Source: an uncultured Solirubrobacteraceae bacterium
GTDB lineage: Bacteria > Actinomycetota > Thermoleophilia > Solirubrobacterales > Solirubrobacteraceae
Direction of reading: 5' to 3'
DNA length: 64,000 nt
Assembly: GCA_963705745.1 (NCBI GenBank)
Contig: CAVPKP010000010.1
Span: 105,675-169,674 of the forward strand
The notes under the pieces: generated by a model
The model's database searches: none
Told to the model about the DNA's origin: nothing
What the model saw: the letters and a program-made list of their open reading frames with translations, nothing else
Shown here: piece by piece, positions 1-12,760 of the stretch
Layout of the letters: each line of letters begins with the position of its first letter
How positions within the stretch are numbered: position 1 is the first letter of the stretch
Position numbers and translations under genes: made by a program

Positions 1-438
1 GCGCTCCAGGCGCCGCTCGGCCGTCTCGAGGTCTGCGAGCACGAGCTCTGTCTCGATCGTCTCGACGTCGCGCAGCGCGTCGACGCTGCCCTCCGGATGG
101 ATCACGTTCTGATCGCCGTGCGCGCGCACGACATGGACGATCGCGTCGGTCTCGCGAATGTTCGCGAGGAAGCGGTTGCCGAGCCCCTCGCCCTCGTGCG
201 CGCCGGCGACGAGCCCTGCGATGTCGTGGAAGTCGATCGTGTCCCAGACGATCTCCGACGCGCCGACCGTGGCCGCGACCTGCTCCAGGCGCTCGTCGCG
301 CACGGGCACGACGGCGACGTTCGGCTCGATCGTCGTGAACGGGTAGTTCGCCGCCTCGGCGCCGGCTTTCGTCAGCGCGTTGAACAGCGAGGACTTGCCG
401 GCGTTCGGCATGCCGACGATGCCGATGCGCGTGCTCAC
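1..438 (-). CDS. ychF: Redox-regulated ATPase YchF (5' part only; runs off the window's left edge)
   Basis: Manual translation from GTG at 438: [41 protein letters not shown] (G1/G2 motifs of YchF). GTGA overlap with the PAP2 stop. Confidence 0.95.
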   Translation of the reverse strand, partial: MSTRIGIVGMPNAGKSSLFNALTKAGAEAANYPFTTIEPNVAVVPVRDERLEQVAATVGASEIVWDTIDFHDIAGLVAGAHEGEGLGNRFLANIRETDAIVHVVRAHGDQNVIHPEGSVDALRDVETIETELVLADLETAERRLER

Positions 439-1022
439 GCCGCACCCGGCGCCGCGAACGCGCGCGGCGCGTGCCCGTTGCGCTGCGCGGCGTCGCTCGA
501 CGGCGCCGCCGTGCGCGTGTCGTCGCGCTCGCGATCGGGCCGCGTCCGCACGACGGCGACGGCCGTGCCGAGCAGCGCTCCCGCGAGCACGTCCGAGGGG
601 TAGTGGACGCCGAGGTACAGCCGCGAGTACGCGAGCGCTCCCGCGAGCGCGTAGAGCGGCGGGCCCGGCAGTCCGGCGCGCGAGTACGCGAGCGCGCCGG
701 CGAACGCCGTCGAGGCGTGCGCGCTGGGGAAGCTGAGCGTCGTCGGCGTGCCGATCAGCGGCGGCAGGTCGCGCAGGCGCGGGCGCGGACGGCGCACGAG
801 CAGCTTGACGGCCGTGTTCAGCCCGTACACGCCGGCGACGGTCGCAGTCGCGCGCCGCCAGCGCGCGCGCCGCGAGGAGTCGAGCGCCTGCGCGACGCCG
901 CCGATCGCAAGCCAGACGCCGGCGTGCTCGCCGAGCAGCGTGAGCCGCGCCGCCGCGCGATCGAGCGCCGGCGTGTGCCCGCACGTCCGCGCTACGCGCA
1001 GCAGCCGCTCGTCAAGGCGCAC
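435..1022 (-). CDS. PAP2-family membrane phosphatase
   Basis: [15 protein letters not shown] and [12 protein letters not shown] motifs. Confidence 0.92.
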   Translation of the reverse strand: MRLDERLLRVARTCGHTPALDRAAARLTLLGEHAGVWLAIGGVAQALDSSRRARWRRATATVAGVYGLNTAVKLLVRRPRPRLRDLPPLIGTPTTLSFPSAHASTAFAGALAYSRAGLPGPPLYALAGALAYSRLYLGVHYPSDVLAGALLGTAVAVVRTRPDRERDDTRTAAPSSDAAQRNGHAPRAFAAPGAA

Positions 1023-1036
1023 TGCTCAGCGGCTCG

Positions 1037-1255
1037 TCAGGCGCCGAAGCCGACGCGCAGATCGTTGCTCTCGGAGCGCACGTACACGACCTGCCCGAGA
1101 TCGAGGCGCACGGGGCCCTCCTCGCTCTCGAGCTCGTGCCAGCCGTCCTGGCCGAGCGCCTTGTGCAGCGCCTTCAGCTGCTGCTCGCCGACGCGCACCG
1201 CGAGCACCTGCCCGCCGTGGAAGCCGATGCTGATCTGCTGCTTGGCCGGCGGCAT
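1037..1255 (-). CDS. Small hypothetical protein (72 aa)
   Basis: Protein-like composition; overlaps the mce stop and sits 14 bp before the PAP2 gene. Confidence 0.75.
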   Translation of the reverse strand: MPPAKQQISIGFHGGQVLAVRVGEQQLKALHKALGQDGWHELESEEGPVRLDLGQVVYVRSESNDLRVGFGA

Positions 1256-1674
1256 CAGTGCGCCCCCGCGCCGGCGGCCGGCTCGACGATCTCGGTCAGC
1301 ACGCCGGCGCTCGCGCGCGGGTGCAGGAAGGCGACGCGCGAGCCGCGGATGCCGGTGCGCGGCTGCTCGTCGATCAGCCGCAGGCCGGCCGCCTTCAGCT
1401 GCTCGAGCGTGTCGTCGATGTCGGCGACCTGGTAGGCGACGTGATGCAGCCCGGGGCCGTTGTTCGCGAGGAACCGGCCGACCGGCGTGTCGGCGCCGAG
1501 CGGCGCGAGCAGCTCGACATGGCTCTCGCCGACGTCGAGCAGCACCGCCTCGACGCCCTGCTGCTCGACGACCTCCCGGTGGGCGAGGTCGAGTTGGAAG
1601 CGGTCGCGGTAGAGCTCGAGCGCCGGCTCGATCTGCTCGACGGCGACGCCGATGTGGTCGATCCGCTGGAACAC
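1255..1674 (-). CDS. mce: Methylmalonyl-CoA epimerase (VOC family)
   Basis: IDHIGVAV, GPGLHHVAY, VAFLHP and GVLTEIVE motifs. Confidence 0.93.
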   Translation of the reverse strand: MFQRIDHIGVAVEQIEPALELYRDRFQLDLAHREVVEQQGVEAVLLDVGESHVELLAPLGADTPVGRFLANNGPGLHHVAYQVADIDDTLEQLKAAGLRLIDEQPRTGIRGSRVAFLHPRASAGVLTEIVEPAAGAGAH

Positions 1675-1716
1675 GCCTCGCAGTGTATTCGGGCGCGCGT
1701 GCGTTCGCGCTCGGCG

Positions 1717-3423
<1,707 letters not shown>

Positions 3424-3650
3424 CGGTCAAGTATGGCTAATCGAATGTTGGATTGCGAGGGGTGAAACGGGAGAAATTACGGATAAATCCGTGCCCATCG
3501 AGCAGCGAACGTGGGCAAACGTGCGCACGCCTGCGCACCCTCTCGGGACGTCCTCTCACCGCAACCGCGCGATCGCCGCGCGGCGCGACGCTTGACAGTT
3601 GACGCGCGCGCCGGCTCCGCTTCGCACGCGTCGCGACGAGCGCGCGGCGC

Positions 3651-4979
3651 TCAGCCGAGCGTGCGCGTCGCGAGATCGGTGAAGAAGTCAGCCGCGAACG
3701 CGAGGTCGCGGACGTCGATCCGCTCGTCGGCCGAGTGCACGAGCGGCGCGGTCTGCAGCAGCGACTGGTGGCGCTGGGGGAAGAAGCCGTAAGCGACGCA
3801 CTCGGGGAACGCCGCGCGGAAGTGGCGCGAGTCGGTGAAGCCGGGCAGGATCACCGGCACGACCTCGGCGCCCGGATCGCGCTCGGCGATCCAGCTCGCG
3901 ATCGTGTCCATCAGCGGCGAGCGCATCGGCGAGCGGTTGCCGACGACGCGCTCGGTGAAGTCGATCCGGAAACCGTCCTCGCCGAGCACCTCGGCGATCC
4001 CGCGGCGCACCTCCTCCTCGCCGAGGCCGGGCGGCACGCGGCAGTCGACTTTCAGCTCGGCGCGGCTCGGGATCACGTTGATCTTCTCCGACGCCGAGAT
4101 CCGCGTCGGCGTGAACGTGACGCCGAACATCGGCTCGAACATCGTCGCGAGCAGCTCCTGCTGCTCGCGCATGCGCGCGATCGACGCGCCGACGTCGTCC
4201 GGGTCCTCGCCGATCCCGCGCAGCATCGCGCGCGGCTCGTCGGTCAGCTCGTAGCTCGGCTGGCGCGCGGCGAGCGCGTCGAGCACCGGCGCCATCTTCA
4301 ACAGCGCGTTCTCGCCCATGCCCGGCATCGACGCGTGGCCGGCGACGCCGTCGGTCGAGACGGTGAAGCGGAACACGCCCTTCTCGGCGCAGCAGACGCC
4401 GTAGAAGCGCTTGCCGGCGTACTCGAACACCTCCCCGCCGCCCTCGTTGACGAGCAGGTCGCAGCGGACCTTGTCGGGGTGCTGCTTGGTGATCCATTCG
4501 GCGCCGAGCGAGCCGCCCGTCTCCTCGTCGACGACCGCTGCGATCAGCAGCTCGCCGGCCGCCGGGCGCCAGCCCGAGCGCGCGAGCGACGCGGCGGCGG
4601 CGACCTCGGCGGCGACCTGCGACTTCATGTCGAGCGCGCCGCGCCCCCACATGAAGCCGTCGGCGACGTCGGCCGACCACGGGTCGTGCGTCCACTCGCG
4701 CGCGTCGGCCAGCACGGTGTCGACGTGGCCGAGGTAGCAGAGCGTCGGGCCGCCGGCGGCCGGCTCGTCGGCCGCCGGGCCGCCGGCCGGGCGCAGCCGC
4801 GCGATCAGGTTCGGCCGCCCCGGCTCGGCGCCGAGCAGCTCGCAGTGAAAGCCGGCGCGCTCGAGATGGTCGGCGAGGTACTCCTGCGCCGCGCGCTCGT
4901 TGCCCGGCGGGTTGACCGTGTCGAAGCGGATCAGCGTCCGCAGCAGCTCCTCGGTCTCGCTCGCGGCCGCGTCGCTCAT
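3651..4979 (-). CDS. M20/M25/M40 family metallopeptidase (ArgE/DapE/ACY1-like)
   Basis: [28 protein letters not shown] at 4979 overlaps the oppF stop. Confidence 0.92.
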   Translation of the reverse strand: MSDAAASETEELLRTLIRFDTVNPPGNERAAQEYLADHLERAGFHCELLGAEPGRPNLIARLRPAGGPAADEPAAGGPTLCYLGHVDTVLADAREWTHDPWSADVADGFMWGRGALDMKSQVAAEVAAAASLARSGWRPAAGELLIAAVVDEETGGSLGAEWITKQHPDKVRCDLLVNEGGGEVFEYAGKRFYGVCCAEKGVFRFTVSTDGVAGHASMPGMGENALLKMAPVLDALAARQPSYELTDEPRAMLRGIGEDPDDVGASIARMREQQELLATMFEPMFGVTFTPTRISASEKINVIPSRAELKVDCRVPPGLGEEEVRRGIAEVLGEDGFRIDFTERVVGNRSPMRSPLMDTIASWIAERDPGAEVVPVILPGFTDSRHFRAAFPECVAYGFFPQRHQSLLQTAPLVHSADERIDVRDLAFAADFFTDLATRTLG

Positions 4980-6118
4980 CGAGCAGATCGTACGCCGATC
5001 TCGGCGACCTCCTCGCGGCTCAGCGGGAAGTGGCAGGCGGCTTCGGTGCCCGTGCCCTTGTCCTCCAGCGGCGGGTCGTCGATCGAGCAGCGCTCCTGCG
5101 CCTTCGGGCAGCGCGTGTGGAAGCGACACGCGCGCGGCGGGTTCGCCGGGCTCGGCACGTCGCCGCTGAGCAGTTCGCGCTGCTCGACGCGCTGCTCGGG
5201 ATCGGGCACGGGCACGGCCGACAGCAGCGCGCCGGTGTACGGATGACGCGGGAAGCCGTACAGCGCCTCGCCCGGGCCGATCTCGACGATCCGCCCGAGG
5301 TACATGACGGCGACGCGATCGCACATGTGGCGCACGACCGACAGGTCGTGCGCGATGAACACGAGCGTCAGGCCGAGCTGTCGCTGCATCTCGAGCAGCA
5401 GGTTGAGCACCTGCGCCTGGATCGAGACGTCGAGCGCCGAGACCGGCTCGTCGGCGATCAGCAGCTTCGGCTTCAGCGCGAGCGCACGCGCGACGCCGAT
5501 CCGCTGGCGCTGCCCGCCGGAGAACTCGTGCGGATAGCGGTTGTAGTGCTCCGGGTTCAGGCCGACCGTCTCCATCAGCTCCTGCACCGCGCGCCGGCGC
5601 TCGTCCTTGCCCTCGGCGAGACCGTGGATCACGAGCGGCTGCGCGATCGTCGCGCCGACCGTTTTGCGCGGGTTCAGCGACGAGTACGGGTCCTGGAAGA
5701 TCATCTGCACGTCGCGGCGGACCGCCTTCAGGCGCGCGCCCTTCAGCTTCGTGATGTCCTGGCCGTCGAAGCGGACTTCGCCGCTGGTCGGGTCGAGCAG
5801 GCGCATGATCAGCCGCGCGGTCGTGCTCTTGCCACAGCCCGTCTCGCCGACGATCCCGAGCGTCTCGCCGCGCTTGACGTCGAAGCTGACGCCGTCGACC
5901 GCCTGCACCGCGCCGACCTTGCGCTGAACGATCACGCCGCGCGTGATCGGGAAGTGCTTGACGAGGTTGCGCACCTCGACGAGCGCCTCGCCGGCGCCGG
6001 CCTGCACGGGCGCGCTCTCTCGATCCTGCAGCGGTCCGGCCAGCTCGCCGGGAGTGCCGCCGAGCGGCTCGCCGGGCGCGCCGCCGGCCGGCTGCGAGAA
6101 CGCGTCGCTCGCGCTCAC
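4976..6118 (-). CDS. oppF: Oligopeptide/dipeptide ABC transporter ATP-binding protein (OppF/DppF)
   Basis: [21 protein letters not shown]-terminal CRFHTRC. Confidence 0.92.
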   Translation of the reverse strand: MSASDAFSQPAGGAPGEPLGGTPGELAGPLQDRESAPVQAGAGEALVEVRNLVKHFPITRGVIVQRKVGAVQAVDGVSFDVKRGETLGIVGETGCGKSTTARLIMRLLDPTSGEVRFDGQDITKLKGARLKAVRRDVQMIFQDPYSSLNPRKTVGATIAQPLVIHGLAEGKDERRRAVQELMETVGLNPEHYNRYPHEFSGGQRQRIGVARALALKPKLLIADEPVSALDVSIQAQVLNLLLEMQRQLGLTLVFIAHDLSVVRHMCDRVAVMYLGRIVEIGPGEALYGFPRHPYTGALLSAVPVPDPEQRVEQRELLSGDVPSPANPPRACRFHTRCPKAQERCSIDDPPLEDKGTGTEAACHFPLSREEVAEIGVRSAR

Positions 6119-7242
6119 AGGCCGACCTCGGGCATGTCGCCGACCGCGTCGGCCGCGCTCGCCGCCGCTTCCTGCGGCGCCGGCAGGCCGACGCTCGCGC
6201 GGGCGTCCTCGGGCGACTTGCCCTCGGCGAGCTCGTGCCACAGGCGCCGGCGCACGTCCGCGTCGAGCAGGCACGCAACGTGGTGCGAGGGGTCGCCGGC
6301 GACCGGCTGCAGCCGTGGATCGATGCGAGCGTGGTCCGGCTGCGAGTACGGGCAGCGCGGGTGGAAGTGACAGCCGGGGGGGCGGCGGATCAGGCTCGGC
6401 GGCGAGCCGGGGATCGGCACGAGCTGCTCCTTGCGCGTGCCGCTCAGCGACGGGATCGATTTGAGCAGCCCCCACGTGTAGGGGTGCTCCGGCCCGGCGA
6501 ACAGGAGCTCCGCCGACGCGGTCTCGACGATCCGCCCAGCGTACATCACGGCGATGTCGTTGGCCATCTCGGCGACGACTCCGAGGTCGTGCGTGATGAT
6601 CACGATCGCCATCCCGAGCTCGCTCTGCAGGCGCTGCAGCAGCGCGAGGATCTGCGCCTGCACGGTCACGTCGAGCGCCGTCGTCGGCTCGTCGGCGATC
6701 AGCAGCTTCGGGTCGTTCGTGAGCGCCATCGCGATCATCGCGCGCTGGCGCATGCCGCCGGAGAACTCGTGTGGGTACTCATCGACGCGCCGGCTCGGGT
6801 CGGGAATGCCGACGAGCCCGAGCAGCTCGATCGCACGCTCGCGCGCCTTCGCCTTGGAGACGTCCTGATGCACGCGCACGGCCTCGATCAGCTGCGCGCC
6901 GACCTTGAAGAACGGATGCAGCGAGGAGAGCGGGTCCTGGAAGATCATCGCGATGTCGTTGCCGCGGATCGCGCGCATCTGCTCGTCCGAGAACGTCAGA
7001 AGGTCGTTGCCCTCGAACACGATCCGTCCCGACACGTTCGCGCCCTGCTGGCGCGTCAGGCCGAGCGTCGTCAGCGAGGAGACCGTCTTGCCCGAGCCCG
7101 ACTCGCCGACGATCCCGAGCGTGCGCCCGCGCTGGACCTCGTACGTGATCCCGTCGACGGCATGCACGACGCCGTCTTCGGTCGGGAACTCGACGCGCAG
7201 TTCCTCGACGCGCAGCAGCGCCTCGCCGCTCGGCGCGCTCAC
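6115..7242 (-). CDS. oppD: Oligopeptide/dipeptide ABC transporter ATP-binding protein (OppD/DppD)
   Basis: [31 protein letters not shown] at 7242. Confidence 0.92.
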   Translation of the reverse strand: MSAPSGEALLRVEELRVEFPTEDGVVHAVDGITYEVQRGRTLGIVGESGSGKTVSSLTTLGLTRQQGANVSGRIVFEGNDLLTFSDEQMRAIRGNDIAMIFQDPLSSLHPFFKVGAQLIEAVRVHQDVSKAKARERAIELLGLVGIPDPSRRVDEYPHEFSGGMRQRAMIAMALTNDPKLLIADEPTTALDVTVQAQILALLQRLQSELGMAIVIITHDLGVVAEMANDIAVMYAGRIVETASAELLFAGPEHPYTWGLLKSIPSLSGTRKEQLVPIPGSPPSLIRRPPGCHFHPRCPYSQPDHARIDPRLQPVAGDPSHHVACLLDADVRRRLWHELAEGKSPEDARASVGLPAPQEAAASAADAVGDMPEVGL

Positions 7243-8201
7243 GAGTACCTCACGCGCGGGTCGAGGTAGGCGTAGGCGATGTCGACGATGATGTTCAGCA
7301 GGATCACGGCCATAGCCGCGAACAGGACCGTACCCTCGACGATCGGGAAGTCCGAGCGAAGCAGCGCCTCGTAGTTCAAGCGTCCGATGCCGGGGATGTC
7401 GAAGACCGTTTCGACGAGGACCGAGCTGCCGAGCAGCACGGCGATGTCGACGCCGAGCACGGTGACGATCGGGTTGATCGCCGCGCGCAGCCCGTGGTGC
7501 AGCACGACGGTTCGCTCTCGCAAGCCCTTCGCGCGAGCGGTGCGGATGTAGTCTTCGCCCATCGTCTCGAGCAGGCTGCTGCGGATCAGGCGCGCGTAGA
7601 TCGCCGCGGTTCCGCAAGCGACGACCACCCACGGCATGATCAGCGAGGTGAACCATTTGGCCGGCGCGGCTGTCAGGCCGATGTAGCTGCCGGCGCCCGG
7701 GAACACGTGGATTTTGCCGATGTCCGAGGCGAAGAAGAACAACGCGAGCAGGCCGAGCCAGAATTCCGGCGCGGAGACGAGCACGAGCGCCGTCCCCATG
7801 CTCACGCGGTCGAGCAGCGAGCCCGGACGACGCGCCGAGACGATCCCGACGAGGACGCCCGAGACCGCCCACAGCACGGCGCCGCCGAGCACGAGCGAGA
7901 GCGTCGCCGGCAGGCGATTGAAGATCAGTTCCTTGACGGGCGCGTTCGAGTAGTAGCTGTAGCCGAGGTTGAAGTGCAGGAAGATGCCCTTCACGTAGAT
8001 CCAGAACTGCGCGGGCAGCGATTTGTCGAGACCGAGGTCGTGGCGGATCTCGGCGATGATCTTCGGGTTCCCCAACCGCCCGGCACGCAGCTTCGCCGGG
8101 TCGGCCGTCGGCAAGATGCGGAACAGCACGAACAGCAGCGCGAGGACGAGGACCAGCAGCACGACGCCCCACAGCAGTCTGCGGATGATGTAGCGCGTCA
8201 T
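7239..8201 (-). CDS. oppB: Peptide ABC transporter permease (OppB/DppB)
   Basis: YIIRRLL N-terminus, DYIRTARAKGL, LDPRVR C-terminus. Confidence 0.93.
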   Translation of the reverse strand: MTRYIIRRLLWGVVLLVLVLALLFVLFRILPTADPAKLRAGRLGNPKIIAEIRHDLGLDKSLPAQFWIYVKGIFLHFNLGYSYYSNAPVKELIFNRLPATLSLVLGGAVLWAVSGVLVGIVSARRPGSLLDRVSMGTALVLVSAPEFWLGLLALFFFASDIGKIHVFPGAGSYIGLTAAPAKWFTSLIMPWVVVACGTAAIYARLIRSSLLETMGEDYIRTARAKGLRERTVVLHHGLRAAINPIVTVLGVDIAVLLGSSVLVETVFDIPGIGRLNYEALLRSDFPIVEGTVLFAAMAVILLNIIVDIAYAYLDPRVRYS

Positions 8202-8262
8202 CGTCTGCTGATCTTCATTGCCGGAGCTCCCTCTCGTCCACGATCGCGGTACGCACTCGAGT

Positions 8263-8320
8263 ACGGGCGCACGAGCCGCGCCGGGGGCAGGCGAGTGACC
8301 CGCCCCCGGCGCGCGCCCGT
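8263..8320. promoter_or_regulatory. GC-rich intercistronic stem-loop between oppA and oppB
   Basis: CGCGCCGGGGGC (8277-8288) pairs with GCCCCCGGCGCG (8302-8313); alternative/outer arms ACGGGCGC/GCGCCCGT. Confidence 0.55.
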
Positions 8321-8325
8321 GACCA

Positions 8326-10131
8326 TTACTTCAGAGACGTGAACGAGTAGTCCCAGGTCCCCGAGTTCCAGTAGTCGTTGACGCCAATTACGTCCTTGGA
8401 CTCGATGTACGGTTCCTTCGCCCACTGGTAGGGGACGGCGACCGCTTCTTCGACCAGTTCGCGGTCGATCTTCGCCCACGCTTCGCCGCGCGCCTTGATG
8501 CCGACGACCTTCGAGGCCGCTTCCATCGCGGCGTTGATTTTCGGGTGGTTGACGAGACCCCAGTTCGAGTTCGTCCCCACGTTTGTGATCAGGTTCCCGT
8601 TGAACGGAACGTCCAGCACGGCCTGCGGATCGCCGAAGTCGGGGATCCAGCCGACGTTCGGGCAGACGTCGATCTTTTCCGTGACGACGCCGCAGTACTT
8701 CGAGTACATGATCGTGTGCTCGACGAGGTTGAGCTTCGTTTTGAAGCCGAGCTTCTCCAGCGTGCTGTTGACCGCTTCGGCGACGTTGTTCGCCGGCGCC
8801 GCCGAGTCGCCGACGACCTGCAGCGTTTCGCTGCCGGTGTATTTGCCGCTCGGGTAGCCGGCGAGCTTCATGTACTTTTCGGCGACCGCCATGTCGCCTT
8901 CGGGGTGTTCGTTGTAGTCGACCTTCGGACCGGGGTAGCCGCCCGCTTCTTCGAAGCCGGCGATCCCGTTCCAGAGGAAGTGCGTCATCACGTCGGCGAC
9001 CGTCTTGCCGCCGCGCAGTCGGTCGAGCGATTCGCGGTCGGTCGCCGCCCACAGCGCCTTGCGCAGGTCGACGTTCTTGAACGGCCCGTCGCTGTTGTTG
9101 ATCGCGATGTAGCGGTCGCCGGCGCCGCCGCCCGCAGAGATCGCCAGCTGGGTGGGGTGCTGCTGGACGGCCAGCTTGACGATCGGCGCGGCCGGCGCGT
9201 CGGACTGGACCATGTCGCTGCCTTCGAGCACCTGCCGGCCGATCACGTTCGGGTCGCCGCCGATCGAGATGTTGATCTGGTTCAGGTACGCCGGGCGGAA
9301 GTCGGTGCTCGCGCTCCAGTTCGGGTTGCGCACGAGCGTCGCCGACTTGCCGGGCTGGTAGCCGATCCCGAGCACCTTGCCGGCGGCGTCGTTCTTGAGC
9401 ATGTACGGCCCCGTCGCGACCTGGTAGTTGACGTATTCGCTCGGTTTCTGCGCGTCGTACTTCGCCGCGTAGGACTTCGGCACGGGGGCGCTCCACGGCA
9501 GCACCATCGAGGCGATCACGATCGCCGCCTGCGGTTCGGTCAATTTGATCTGGATCGTGTACTTGCCGGTCGCCTTCACACCCGCGATCGGCCCGCCCTT
9601 GGCGTTCTTCATCCCTTCGATCGAGCCCAGGTAGCCGAGGTAATACGGGTTGGCGACGTTCGGGTTGGCGACGCGTTCGAAGGAGTAGACCTCGTCTTCG
9701 GCCGTGACTTCGCTGTTGACCGGCGGGCTGAAGTGGACGCCCTTACGGAGGTTGATCGTGATCATCTTGTTGCCGTCGCTGATCGTCGGTTCGCCTTCGG
9801 CCATGTCGGGGGTCGTCTGCGAGAACGTGTTCGGCTTGTACGAGTAGAGCGAGCGCTGCGTCGAGTTCGTGATCTGGTAGTCGAGCTGGAAGTAGGCCTG
9901 ACCGGGGTCGAGGTGTTCGAAGTCCTCGTTCTGGACCTCGTTGAGCACTCCGCCGCGTTTGCCGCCGGCCAGCGACTCGTTTCTCGGGTCTTTCACGCCT
10001 GCCGGCAGCCCGCTACTGCCTGAGGCAGCGGTCGTCCCGGTGGAGCTGCTGCTGCTCGATCCACATGCGGCGAGCGCGACAGCCAGCACGCCCGCGGTGA
10101 TCACAAGCAGCATCGTTCTCAGCGATCTCAT
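8326..10131 (-). CDS. oppA: Peptide ABC transporter substrate-binding lipoprotein (SBP family 5)
   Basis: AAAGGAGG RBS before ATG 10131, lipobox ALAAC, LDP, TGPY and LRKAL motifs. Confidence 0.92.
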   Translation of the reverse strand: MRSLRTMLLVITAGVLAVALAACGSSSSSSTGTTAASGSSGLPAGVKDPRNESLAGGKRGGVLNEVQNEDFEHLDPGQAYFQLDYQITNSTQRSLYSYKPNTFSQTTPDMAEGEPTISDGNKMITINLRKGVHFSPPVNSEVTAEDEVYSFERVANPNVANPYYLGYLGSIEGMKNAKGGPIAGVKATGKYTIQIKLTEPQAAIVIASMVLPWSAPVPKSYAAKYDAQKPSEYVNYQVATGPYMLKNDAAGKVLGIGYQPGKSATLVRNPNWSASTDFRPAYLNQINISIGGDPNVIGRQVLEGSDMVQSDAPAAPIVKLAVQQHPTQLAISAGGGAGDRYIAINNSDGPFKNVDLRKALWAATDRESLDRLRGGKTVADVMTHFLWNGIAGFEEAGGYPGPKVDYNEHPEGDMAVAEKYMKLAGYPSGKYTGSETLQVVGDSAAPANNVAEAVNSTLEKLGFKTKLNLVEHTIMYSKYCGVVTEKIDVCPNVGWIPDFGDPQAVLDVPFNGNLITNVGTNSNWGLVNHPKINAAMEAASKVVGIKARGEAWAKIDRELVEEAVAVPYQWAKEPYIESKDVIGVNDYWNSGTWDYSFTSLK

Positions 10132-10169
10132 CGAGACGCCTCCTTTGTTTCGTTGTGTGACATTCCCGC

Positions 10170-11150
10170 TCATCGCGCTGTCCGTGGGTTCAGCGCGTCG
10201 CGCAATCCGTCGCCGAGCAGGTTGAAGGCGAGCACCGTAAGCAGCAGCGCCGCGCCGGGGAAGACCATGTACCACCAAGCGGTGTTGAACGTCGGCGTCG
10301 CCGCGGCGATCATCTGCCCCCAGCTCGCGGTCGGCGGCCGCACGCCGACGCCGAGGTACGACAGCGACGCCTCGATCAGGATGTTCAGCGGGATCTGCAG
10401 CGTCGCGTAGACGATGATCGGAGCAGTCAGGTTCGGCAGGATCTCGCGGAACATGATCCGCAGGTCCGACGCGCCCATCGCGCGCGCGGCCTCGACGAAC
10501 TCGCGCTCGCGCAGCGACAGCACGAGGCCGCGGACGATACGCGCGAAGTACGTCCACGTCGAGAACGCGATCAAGAAGATGATCACGCCGACGCCCGGCT
10601 GGATCGTGCCGCCGAGGCAGCCGCGCACGGCGCACGCGGCGCCGATCCCCAGTCCGAGCAGCAGGATCGGGATCGACAGCGTCACGTCGACGAACAGGCG
10701 CGAGATGATCGTGTCGAGCCAGCCGCGGTAGTAGCCGGCGAGCATTCCGAGCGTGACGCCGATGACCGTCGCGATCGCAGTGCCGACTAGGCCGACCTCG
10801 AGCGAGACGCGCGCGCCGTAGATCACGCGCGAGGCGACGTCCTCACCGAGCGGATCGACGCCGAACGGGTGCGCGCCGCTCGGGCCGAGCGGTTCGCCGA
10901 ACGGACCCGTCAGGGTCGGGTTCTGCGTGTACGGGCTCGGCAGCCCGAGCAGTTTGACGACGAGCGGCGCGAAGATCGCGACGATCACCAGCAGCAGGAT
11001 GAACGCGGCCGACGCCTGCGCGACGCGATCGCGTCGAATGCGCCGCCAGAACAGCTGCGCCGGCGAGCGCGCGGCGATCTCATCGCCGACGTCGAGCAGG
11101 CCGTAGCCGCCGCCCGGCCCAGCGAGGATCTCTGCGGCGCCGGCGCCCAT
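10170..11150 (-). CDS. oppC: Peptide ABC transporter permease (OppC/DppC)
   Basis: HPFGVD, REFVEAARAMGA, FNLLGDGLRDALNP. Confidence 0.93.
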   Translation of the reverse strand: MGAGAAEILAGPGGGYGLLDVGDEIAARSPAQLFWRRIRRDRVAQASAAFILLLVIVAIFAPLVVKLLGLPSPYTQNPTLTGPFGEPLGPSGAHPFGVDPLGEDVASRVIYGARVSLEVGLVGTAIATVIGVTLGMLAGYYRGWLDTIISRLFVDVTLSIPILLLGLGIGAACAVRGCLGGTIQPGVGVIIFLIAFSTWTYFARIVRGLVLSLREREFVEAARAMGASDLRIMFREILPNLTAPIIVYATLQIPLNILIEASLSYLGVGVRPPTASWGQMIAAATPTFNTAWWYMVFPGAALLLTVLAFNLLGDGLRDALNPRTAR

Positions 11151-11367
11151 GTCAGGTCGTTCCTCGCATCAGAAGGCTCTCCATGCAGATAAACATCGGA
11201 CGTACAAGTTCGACACCCACGCATGGCCAACCTGCTGCGGTCGCCACATCCACACGTGTCCAACGCCCCGGCGGCTTGGGTGCCGCTTCCCTGTTGCCCG
11301 CTTTCGCTTGTTGTTATTCGGCGCATTCGCGGCCGGCCCGGCAGCCCGCGCGCGCGATACTGGACGG

Positions 11368-12753
11368 ATGGAGCGGCTGTTCGACTCCGAGGCCGCCGAC
11401 CGGTCGGAGATCGGCCGTCAGGCGGCGGGCGACGCGAGCGATCCGGGAAAGCCCGCAGTGGACGACGGTGGCGCCGGGCGCCCGCTGGCCGTTCGCGTGC
11501 GTCCGCGCCAACTCGAGCAGTTCGTCGGCCAAGGCCACCTCCTGGGCGAGGGCTCGGCGCTGCGCACGGCGATCGAGCAGGGCCGTCCACACTCGATGAT
11601 CCTGTACGGGCCGCCCGGCTCGGGCAAGACGACGCTCGCGCGCATGGTCGCCGAGCGCTCGCAGGCGGCGTTCGAGGAGCTCAGCGCCGTGCAGGCCGGC
11701 CGCGCCGAGGTGCGAGCGGTGATCGAGCGTGCGGAGCACCGCCGCTCGCTCGCCGGCGCCGGCACCGGCGCGCAGACGGTGCTGTTCCTCGATGAGATCC
11801 ACCGTTTCAACAAGGCGCAGCAGGACGCGCTGCTGCCGGCCGTCGAGGAAGGGCTGTTGACGCTGATCGGCGCGACGACGGAGAACCCGGCGTTCGAGGT
11901 CAACGGCGCCCTTCTGTCTCGCGTGCGCGTGTACGCGCTGCAGGCGCTGAGCGCCGAGGAGGTGGCGGCGGTCCTGCGACACGCCGCGCGCGCGCGCGAG
12001 CAGGACGAGAGCGGCGCGCCGGACGTCGAGGAGGACGCGATCGAGTTCCTCTCGGTGCGCAGCGAAGGCGACGCGCGCACGGCGCTCAACGCGCTCGAGC
12101 TGGCGAGCCAGACGGCCGCCGAGCTCGGCGGCCGCGTGACGCTCGCGCGCGTCGAGGACGCGCTGCAGCGGCGCGCGGTGCTCTACGACAAAGGCGGCGA
12201 TCGCCACTACGACTACGCGTCGGCGTGGATCAAGGCGACGCGCGGGTCGGACCCGGACGCGTCGCTGTACTACCTCGCGGTGATGCTCGAGGGCGGCGAG
12301 GACCCGCGTTTCATCGTGCGCCGGATGGTGATCCTCGCATCCGAGGACATCGGCAACGCCGATCCGCAGGCGCTGTCGGTCGCGACGGCGGCCGCGGCGG
12401 CCGTCGAGCACGTCGGCCTGCCCGAGGCGACGTTCGCGCTCGCGCAGGCCGCGATCTACCTGGCGCTCGCGCCGAAGTCGAACGCGGCCGGCCGCGCGCT
12501 CGGCGCGGCGCGGCGCCACGTGCGCGAGCACGGCGCGCAGGCGGCGCCCACGTGGCTGCGCAGCGGCCCGCGGCCGGGCATCGACAAGGCCGAGTACGAC
12601 AATCCGCACAACCATCCCGGTCATCTCGGCCCGCAGCCGCTGCTGCCGCCGTCGCTCGCCGACGAGCGCTTCTACGAGCCCGACGACGCCGAGGCCGAGC
12701 TGGCGGCGCGCCTGCGCGAGATTCGCCGGGCGCGCGGCGTCGAGGAGCGATAA
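11368..12753 (+). CDS. rarA: Replication-associated recombination protein A (RarA/MgsA)
   Basis: PLAVRVRP, GPPGSGKT, DEIHRFNKAQQD, GATTENP, SEDIGNADP. Confidence 0.95.
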   Translation: MERLFDSEAADRSEIGRQAAGDASDPGKPAVDDGGAGRPLAVRVRPRQLEQFVGQGHLLGEGSALRTAIEQGRPHSMILYGPPGSGKTTLARMVAERSQAAFEELSAVQAGRAEVRAVIERAEHRRSLAGAGTGAQTVLFLDEIHRFNKAQQDALLPAVEEGLLTLIGATTENPAFEVNGALLSRVRVYALQALSAEEVAAVLRHAARAREQDESGAPDVEEDAIEFLSVRSEGDARTALNALELASQTAAELGGRVTLARVEDALQRRAVLYDKGGDRHYDYASAWIKATRGSDPDASLYYLAVMLEGGEDPRFIVRRMVILASEDIGNADPQALSVATAAAAAVEHVGLPEATFALAQAAIYLALAPKSNAAGRALGAARRHVREHGAQAAPTWLRSGPRPGIDKAEYDNPHNHPGHLGPQPLLPPSLADERFYEPDDAEAELAARLREIRRARGVEER

Positions 12754-12760
12754 TCGCGCG

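Noticed and set aside
11199..11212. Possible SOS box upstream of rarA (GACGTACAAGTTCG)
   Set aside because: Only the right half-site matches CGAAC-N4-GTTCG.
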